NCBI GenBank assembly: GCA_024626585.2
Contig: JANKJI020000004.1
Location: 90,427,495 to 90,454,230, forward strand
Reading direction: 5' to 3'
Source: Ginkgo biloba
Taxonomy: Eukaryota > Plantae > Ginkgophyta
DNA: 26,736 nucleotides
A model generated the notes under the pieces. The model was not told the origin of the DNA. It did not search any database and saw only the letters and a program-made list of their open reading frames with translations. Positions 22,946 to 26,736 of the stretch are shown piece after piece. The translations under genes were made by a program, and so were the position numbers. How positions within the stretch are numbered: position 1 is the stretch's first letter; every line of letters starts with the position of its first letter.

Positions 22946-23663
22946 ATAGAGGCCAAAGGAAGTAGGAACACAAAAGGAAAATATATATGTTTTAGGTAGG
23001 AGGAAGCCATAAAGAAGGAATTTATCACAAAAACTTTAAAATAACTTGAAGGAAGAGGACATACGAAGGGGAACATGGTCATTGTAGTGTCTTAATTGTA
23101 GAAGACATTAAAGAGCTTTAATTCAGTTCACCAACTAGAACGTTAAGGGAGAATATAAGTGCCTAGAATTTGAAAGCACTTATAAGTGCCTAATCAAAAG
23201 AAGAAGAAGAAGAAGGGTCATAGTTAGAAGGAGTAAGAAGAGAAAAGTGTGGAGAACCTTGCACTCTAGATCATATTATTAATCATGATATAGTTCTAGA
23301 GGAAGGAAAGATTTGAGATAAAGAGAAGGATACACAAGTAGACCATCACCTGTGAGGAAATTTTGGAGAAGGAAGAAAGGATGAAAAGGTCGATAGGACC
23401 ATGCATCAAGACGAGGATTACAAATCACCAACTATGAGGCATCCTTCAGTCAAGAGGATAACTACTAGAATAACTGATTGAGGTAGCCAAAGTTAGAGGA
23501 GAAAAAGAAACTAAGAAGTATAGATTATTGATGAAGAAGCAACACCACGTAAACATGAATAGAATCAAGCAGTTTATTGTCTTGAGGAGATGAATATATA
23601 TATTTTATTTAAATTTTTCTGAGAGAACACATTTTAGTTGTAAACTAGTACATAGTGAGGAAC
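22946..23663 (+). repeat. Repeat A copy, distal half
   Basis: Matches 10740-11490 and the reverse complement of 5396-6008. May extend to CATCA at 23700-23704. Confidence 0.85.
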
Positions 23664-23704
23664 GTCTATATGTAAATCTTGTTGAATAGGATGGTAGGGC
23701 ATCA

Positions 23705-24041
23705 TGTAATGATTATAAGTTTGAATTCAATAAAATATTTATAGTATATTTATTTCTATTCTAGAATAATAAGAAAATATTATAACACTTCCCCTTAATG
23801 TTTATATCATTACATTTCACACTAATCCTATCCTTGAACATCTAGTATTTATCCTGAGCTAGGGGTTTGGTGAAGATGCTAGCAACTTGCTCATATGTCG
23901 AATTATACATCCATTTAATATCGCCATTCTAAATCATCTCTTAGATGATGTTATGATGAACTTCAATATGCTTCATTCTTGTATGGAACACAAGATTCTT
24001 TGCTAGCTTTATCATACTCTGATTGTCATAGTAGAACTTTG
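23705..24041 (-). mobile_element. pol: Ty1/Copia 3' end: RNase H C-terminus, PPT (23788-23799) and 3' LTR starting TGTTATA at 23787
   Basis: YDNQSMIKLAKNLVFHTRMKHIEVHHNII*EMI*NGDI...TYEQVASIFTKPLAQDKY*MFKDRISV, then ATTAAGGGGAAG|TGTTATAAT. The LTR far end is uncertain. Confidence 0.9.
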
Positions 24042-24141
24042 NNNNNNNNNNNNNNNNNNNNNNNNNNNNNNNNNNNNNNNNNNNNNNNNNNNNNNNNNNN
24101 NNNNNNNNNNNNNNNNNNNNNNNNNNNNNNNNNNNNNNNNN

Positions 24142-24993
24142 TAATATTCACCTTAGGTGAATCAAATATATTTGATTCACTCACTCTAACTTCTATCACA
24201 TCAATCATAAAATACAACTTTAGTCTAGTTTCTGATACCATTAGTTCTTCCTCTAGCTCTTCACCTAAAGTCTCCTCGTATTCCTTGCATGGAATTTCTT
24301 CTTTCATACTGTAGTGTGGGATCACCTAAAAAATTATGTATTTCTTCCTCTTCTTTCTTTGTCTATAGGGTATTGCATTCTCCTATTGCAATCTCTTCTT
24401 CTCCCTGTCCCTCATAAGGGACCTTATTCTATTCTTTTCTCAAGACCTTATCCCACTCCTATTCACCTCACCATTGTATGGGTTTCTTTGAGAAATCATC
24501 AACATATTTTTCATCCAAATGTTCTTCCATTGCATTTCCTTTCTTATCACTTTGTTCCTCACATAGAACCTTATCATGTTCCTCCTCATCTCTCCCTTCC
24601 ATGGGCTCCTCAGGATATATTTTCACATACTCCTCTTCACTCTCTTCATCCTATAGCTTCATATTACATCAAATTGCTTCTTATTCCTCCTCTAATAGAA
24701 CTATCACTGACTCCTCAACTACCACCATATCAATAAGTTCTCCACCCTACTCTTCCTCTTTCCTCCCTTGCATGAGCTCCTTTAAGAACTCCTCAACTAA
24801 ATCCTCTACTATCTCCTCTCTAATTGTTTGAACATTCCTTATTAACTCCTCCTCATCTAATACTTCATCATATTGTACCTCTAGCTCACACAAGACTGTC
24901 TATAGTTCCTCTTCATCTTTCCCTTACATGGGTTCATCGAGAATCCTCTCTACCAACTCCTCTTCATTCCTCCCATCCTCTAACTCATATCTC
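24142..24993 (-). repeat. Family E copy, inverted relative to 286-1151
   Basis: Reads EETLGEELEEELMVSETRLKLYFMIDVIEVRVSESNIFDSPKVNI. Collinear with the first copy over ~850 bp. Confidence 0.9.
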
Positions 24994-24996
24994 ACT

Positions 24997-25392
24997 AGTC
25001 TTTGAATGTTTTTTATTATATCCTTGCAGTAAATGAACTAAGGTTCAATTCATCACTTTGGTCTATCCATCTATTTAAGGATAGAATGATGTACTCATGT
25101 TTAACTTAGTTTCCATCATTCTCCACAATGTGCTCCAAATATGACTCAATAATCGAGTGTCTTTATCAGAGATGATCAAAGTTGGAAGCCCAAAATGCAC
25201 CCAAACATGCTTAAAAAATAAAGTTGCTATTTTTTAGCTAGAAATGGACTTTTTGTATGATATAAAAACTACCATCTTACTAAACCTATCCACCACAACA
25301 TCCACATAATCATGGCCATACCTTGTTTTAGGCAGATCTCTAGCAAAATCCATGGATATGCTTTTCCATGGGTGATTGAGCACTGGAAAAGG
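24997..25392 (-). pseudogene. pol: Ty3/Gypsy integrase core, from a different family than 17980-19012
   Basis: PWKSISMDFARDLPKTRYGHDYVDVVVDRFSKMVVFI...LFFKHVWVHFGLPTLIISDKDTRLLSHIWSTLWRMMETKLNMSTSFYP*IDG*TKVMN*TLVHLLQGYNKKHSKT. Confidence 0.95.
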
Positions 25393-25492
25393 NNNNNNNN
25401 NNNNNNNNNNNNNNNNNNNNNNNNNNNNNNNNNNNNNNNNNNNNNNNNNNNNNNNNNNNNNNNNNNNNNNNNNNNNNNNNNNNNNNNNNNNN

Positions 25493-26736
25493 AAAGGAGA
25501 AAAATAAAAAGGAGGAAATATGCTTGATATATTTTCTAGAGATCATATGTAAGGGCATGATGAGAAGGAATATGAGGATGTCATATGTGGAGGCTAAGAG
25601 GAAGGAATCAAGGAAGGTTCATTATATATTGAATAACTTATGATTAGTAAAGAGGATTTAATATTATGTGCACTAGAGGATGGAGAGATTATAGAAGAGG
25701 CATCATAGTGGATGATAAATGAGCCCATAAAAGGGAAATATGAGGAGGGACCATATGAGGTTCCATGTGAATAGGATATGTAGAGGTTTCCTAATTATTT
25801 GGGTGACAAAACCATAGAGTATGAAGACAAAATAGGAATTAATTTTATGGTTAACATGATGGTGATTAAGGTGAGTAAACTAAGGGTGTTTTAAGATCTT
25901 GATGCATATGCAACACATGGTTATGATGATGTTAAAGAATAGGGTAAGAAACCAAAATATGAGAAATATAAGGAAGAAGTTATGGAGATGGTAGAAGATA
26001 ATGTTGGTGATGGAAAAGAGAAGGAAAAAGGAGCTCTTGATGAGATAAAAAAATTATAAGAATAAATATGGTGATAAGAATGAGGAATGGTCATCTAATA
26101 ACCATGGAAGGATAGAAAACAACCAAATTAGGTTGATAAATGGTCCATAACTAGATGAATGACCTATGGAGAGTATATAAAATAGTATAAAGTATTGGAT
26201 GAATGACTTAATGGATTTAGATGAACAAACCACATAAGGTTTATTAAATGAGATAACTAAGAGGGAAAAGATAGCATTAAGTGATGATTCAAAATAAGAG
26301 GAAGTTTTAAAGAGACTCAGAATAGGGGCATATTTTTATAATAATTATGTAGGTGGATTTGGAATGATGATGTGGGTTCTTGTTATAAGAACCAACATAT
26401 GGGAGGCATAATGGTATAGGTGGAGAGTCATTGGGAATATGGCATATGTATGCTCATGGTGAGTAGAGCCATATTTTAAGAATGATAAAAGACCTATAGT
26501 AGGGATGTGTTGTAAAACGTGGTGGACAAAGATCTAAGCAAAATCATGGCTAAGAAGTGGGGAAGGCACTATGTAGGTGTGATGGAGAAAGTAAATTTTG
26601 GTGTGTTGTAGGTACCCATGGAGATGAGAAGATATGACCAATTATATATTCTAGTATAGAATTGGGAACATATGTAAGATGAATTGGAGTAATGGCTGGA
26701 AAGAAGAAGAAAAAAATATAAGATGAAGTGAAAGGA
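25493..26736 (+). repeat. Diverged family E relative
   Basis: Collinear anchors: 25721 gagcccataaaaggg..gaggaggga..ccatgtga (cf. 344 and 671); 25793 (cf. 957); 25843 (cf. 1082); 26326 (cf. 1994); 26615 (cf. 2181). Confidence 0.6.

Noticed and set aside
24146-24180. 24-bp perfect palindrome gtgaatcaaatatatttgattcac overlapping a 17-bp inverted repeat
   Set aside because: It is broken by substitutions in the homologous copy (1113-1136) and lies in coding-like sequence; no evidence of function.
1-26736. Fungal RIP as the cause of the C>T bias
   Set aside because: The elements are plant-type (CRM-like Gypsy, plant Copia); methyl-cytosine deamination is sufficient.

Overview
AT-rich, CpG-poor eukaryotic sequence from a gappy scaffold (many ~100-N gaps). 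I find no intact host gene, RNA gene or CRISPR array. The window is a nested graveyard of decayed plant LTR retrotransposons; a large-genome plant, probably a gymnosperm, is my inference. It contains: (i) three Ty1/Copia pol fragments; (ii) a CRM-clade Ty3/Gypsy chromovirus (RNase H-integrase, type II chromodomain, PPT), whose ~1.5-kb TGATG-initiated LTR-like repeat ('repeat A') occurs as 7 fragments in both orientations; (iii) a second Gypsy integrase fused without a gap to a multi-kb purine-rich, Glu-rich decayed ORF ('family E', 3 copies) carrying internal peptide repeats; (iv) a decayed ~550-codon non-gag/pol ORF with globular, acidic and coiled-coil parts; (v) an ~810-bp element with 73-bp terminal inverted repeats sitting in TA-rich microsatellite. 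The most notable signals are the CRM LTR fused to the same non-PPT flank in three diverged copies (an amplified chimera), the two unassigned accessory ORFs, and the TIR element. All alignments and translations were done by eye, so boundaries are approximate, and contig order across N gaps is unverified.
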